DNA of 63,561 nucleotides from Nanobdellati archaeon (GTDB lineage Archaea; EX4484-52; GLR71): NCBI GenBank assembly GCA_019429005.1, contig JAHYJR010000004.1, positions 77,700 to 141,260 of the forward strand, read 5' to 3'. Shown piece by piece: positions 61,743 to 63,561 of this stretch (position 1 is its first letter; each line of letters starts with the position of its first letter). The notes under the pieces were generated by a model. It saw only the letters and a program-made list of their open reading frames with translations, ran no database searches and was not told where the DNA came from. The position numbers and the translations under genes were made by a program.

Positions 61743-63404
61743 TTAAGCACAAGGTGCACAATTTACAGCAGTCACACCTTCAATACAACCTTCCCAATCT
61801 GAATTGCAAGCATCGTCAGGATCCCACCATTTACCGACCAAGGATATTGAAACACCGCCACTATCATCTAAATCATCTACTTCCCACGAACCAACACAAA
61901 TATCATCTGAGTTCAATGCAGGTAAATCATTTACACCCGTTCTATCACAACATTCGACAAGAGACGCATAAGGACAAAAATTATTATTATCTCCACATTC
62001 TACAATCCTAAAAGCTTCTCTTTCAGGTTCATCACCACAACAAAAATTCTGTCCAGTAGCACCATCACGCACACCTTCAGGTCCAAATTGCTCACCATCT
62101 GCCATCCAACAAGAACGACTATCATAATTACCAGGAAATCCGGTTATACAATAATAATCTGGATGTGACAATAATGTTGATGTTATATCATTACACCAAT
62201 CTTCATTTGTATCTTGATCATCCCAGACATAATGCTTACTAGCAGAATCCATAACACAAACAGAATATTCTCCAGCATCACCACTAATACCAACCTCACA
62301 ATTTTGAACATCTGTAGATGGCAAAATTGGTGCATAACAAGACCCTCCTGGACCAATACAACTTTCAACAGTATTACAACAACCCACTTTTGTTGTACTA
62401 TATGTTGTTGGACACGCATAAGATTTACATTCTTGTTGCCTGAAATATTCAGTAAGATTATTACCACAACAGCCATCAGGTTGTGGATTATTAAGGGATG
62501 TAAGAATACCAGTAGTCCTAACATCCCAAGGATTTACAGTCGCAGTATAATCAATAGTAGGGTCTACAATACCACTACCATTCCAACCATCATTAATTGT
62601 TGCCATCTCATAACCATCTATCGCTGCACACTTGCAGGATTCAGGTTGAATGTTTGGATTGTTTGTATCACCAAAACCTAAACGAGGATAAGCTGTTGGT
62701 GCTGTAGGTTCAGCTTCAACAGCTTTAACATACTGACAAGTATGACTACCGGAATACCAATTTAATTCAGTCTCAACATTCTTATTATAATAATTTGAAG
62801 TCGACCCAGTACCAGGACATGCAGAACACATAAAAAAAGCAGTAATAACCTCATCGAAAACTAATATATTGGGTGTGTTCGTTCCATCATCCTTCGGAGA
62901 GGGTTGATTATAATCACGATTCTCGCCATCAGGAGGCATACAATCTTTATGAGTCGCAGGATTATTATAATATTGATACCACCCTGAATCCATATCTGTA
63001 CTTATACAAGCATCCTGGACGGGGTCTGAAAAAGTTTTATATTGACCTATACAATTAATAGACGCACCATCACAATACGTTTGCTTAACATCACAATTAG
63101 ACCATATATAATCACATGACTCCTTACACTCTAAAGGAACTTCTTCAGTTCCACAACTATAAGTACATGTATTTACTTTACTATAACAGTTATAATCTTT
63201 AAAATCACGAGTAAATTTACAATCTCCACCACCAACTAGTACAGGTGGACAATTTTGAGATTGACAGGTATTTGGATCCGCACAAGAACCAACACAAGGC
63301 GATGGCGTACACGATGCTGAAAATACAATATCAATATTAAATATAACTAAAAAAGAAATTAAAAAAAATAATGTTAAAAAATTTATAGATTTCATAAATA
63401 TCAC
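61743..63404 (-). CDS. secreted Cys-rich protein related to the downstream giant protein
   Basis: signal peptide; CCG(N/D), CC....SC, WDDQD...WC motifs; no C-terminal anchor. Confidence 0.75.
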   Translation of the reverse strand: MIFMKSINFLTLFFLISFLVIFNIDIVFSASCTPSPCVGSCADPNTCQSQNCPPVLVGGGDCKFTRDFKDYNCYSKVNTCTYSCGTEEVPLECKESCDYIWSNCDVKQTYCDGASINCIGQYKTFSDPVQDACISTDMDSGWYQYYNNPATHKDCMPPDGENRDYNQPSPKDDGTNTPNILVFDEVITAFFMCSACPGTGSTSNYYNKNVETELNWYSGSHTCQYVKAVEAEPTAPTAYPRLGFGDTNNPNIQPESCKCAAIDGYEMATINDGWNGSGIVDPTIDYTATVNPWDVRTTGILTSLNNPQPDGCCGNNLTEYFRQQECKSYACPTTYSTTKVGCCNTVESCIGPGGSCYAPILPSTDVQNCEVGISGDAGEYSVCVMDSASKHYVWDDQDTNEDWCNDITSTLLSHPDYYCITGFPGNYDSRSCWMADGEQFGPEGVRDGATGQNFCCGDEPEREAFRIVECGDNNNFCPYASLVECCDRTGVNDLPALNSDDICVGSWEVDDLDDSGGVSISLVGKWWDPDDACNSDWEGCIEGVTAVNCAPCA

Positions 63405-63561
63405 GACAATACACTATATTTAAATCGCTTTTCGGTAACATTATCAACAGATACAATTAACGAGTTATATCTTTTAACAAGTGTAATATTATTTGAATTT
63501 AATGTAGTATACCAACAATTAGATTTATCATTTAATACAATAAACTCATATATACCATTAT

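Noticed and set aside
51805-63058. Many short alternative-frame and antisense ORFs in the Cys-rich genes and elsewhere
   Set aside because: Shadow ORFs from codon bias, fully nested in well-supported genes and without motifs.

Overview
Low-GC archaeal chromosome segment; gene content and style suggest a reduced DPANN-type archaeon (inference). Housekeeping blocks (pus10-rpl21e-rpoF-DUF655, trmY, argS, rnhB, tRNA-iMet, uppS, rtcA, trmI, tRNA-Pro, A24 prepilin peptidase, archaeosortase-like protein) flank two accessory zones. (1) A defence-rich island at about 20.4-36.1 kb. Its first 9.4 kb is an integron-like cassette array with no integrase in the window: an attI-like site beside argS, then three complete and one truncated non-canonical attC-like hairpins. 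The core sites pair across each cassette exactly as excision/integration predicts. The cassettes carry NIF3, a HEAT-fused N4-C MTase plus CfrBI-like REase, and a four-gene R-M/S locus. Further along are MNT-HEPN, an R-S-E ADP-ribosyltransferase, a Mesh1-like HD hydrolase and decaying genes. Two of those genes each carry an exact 30-bp duplication around a foreign 36-37-bp insert, the geometry expected from off-target Cas1-Cas2 spacer integration. (2) Surface-protein loci, including a 3708-aa Cys-rich protein built from higher-order repeats, with a PGF-CTERM-like tail. All family calls are by motif recognition only; no database search was run.
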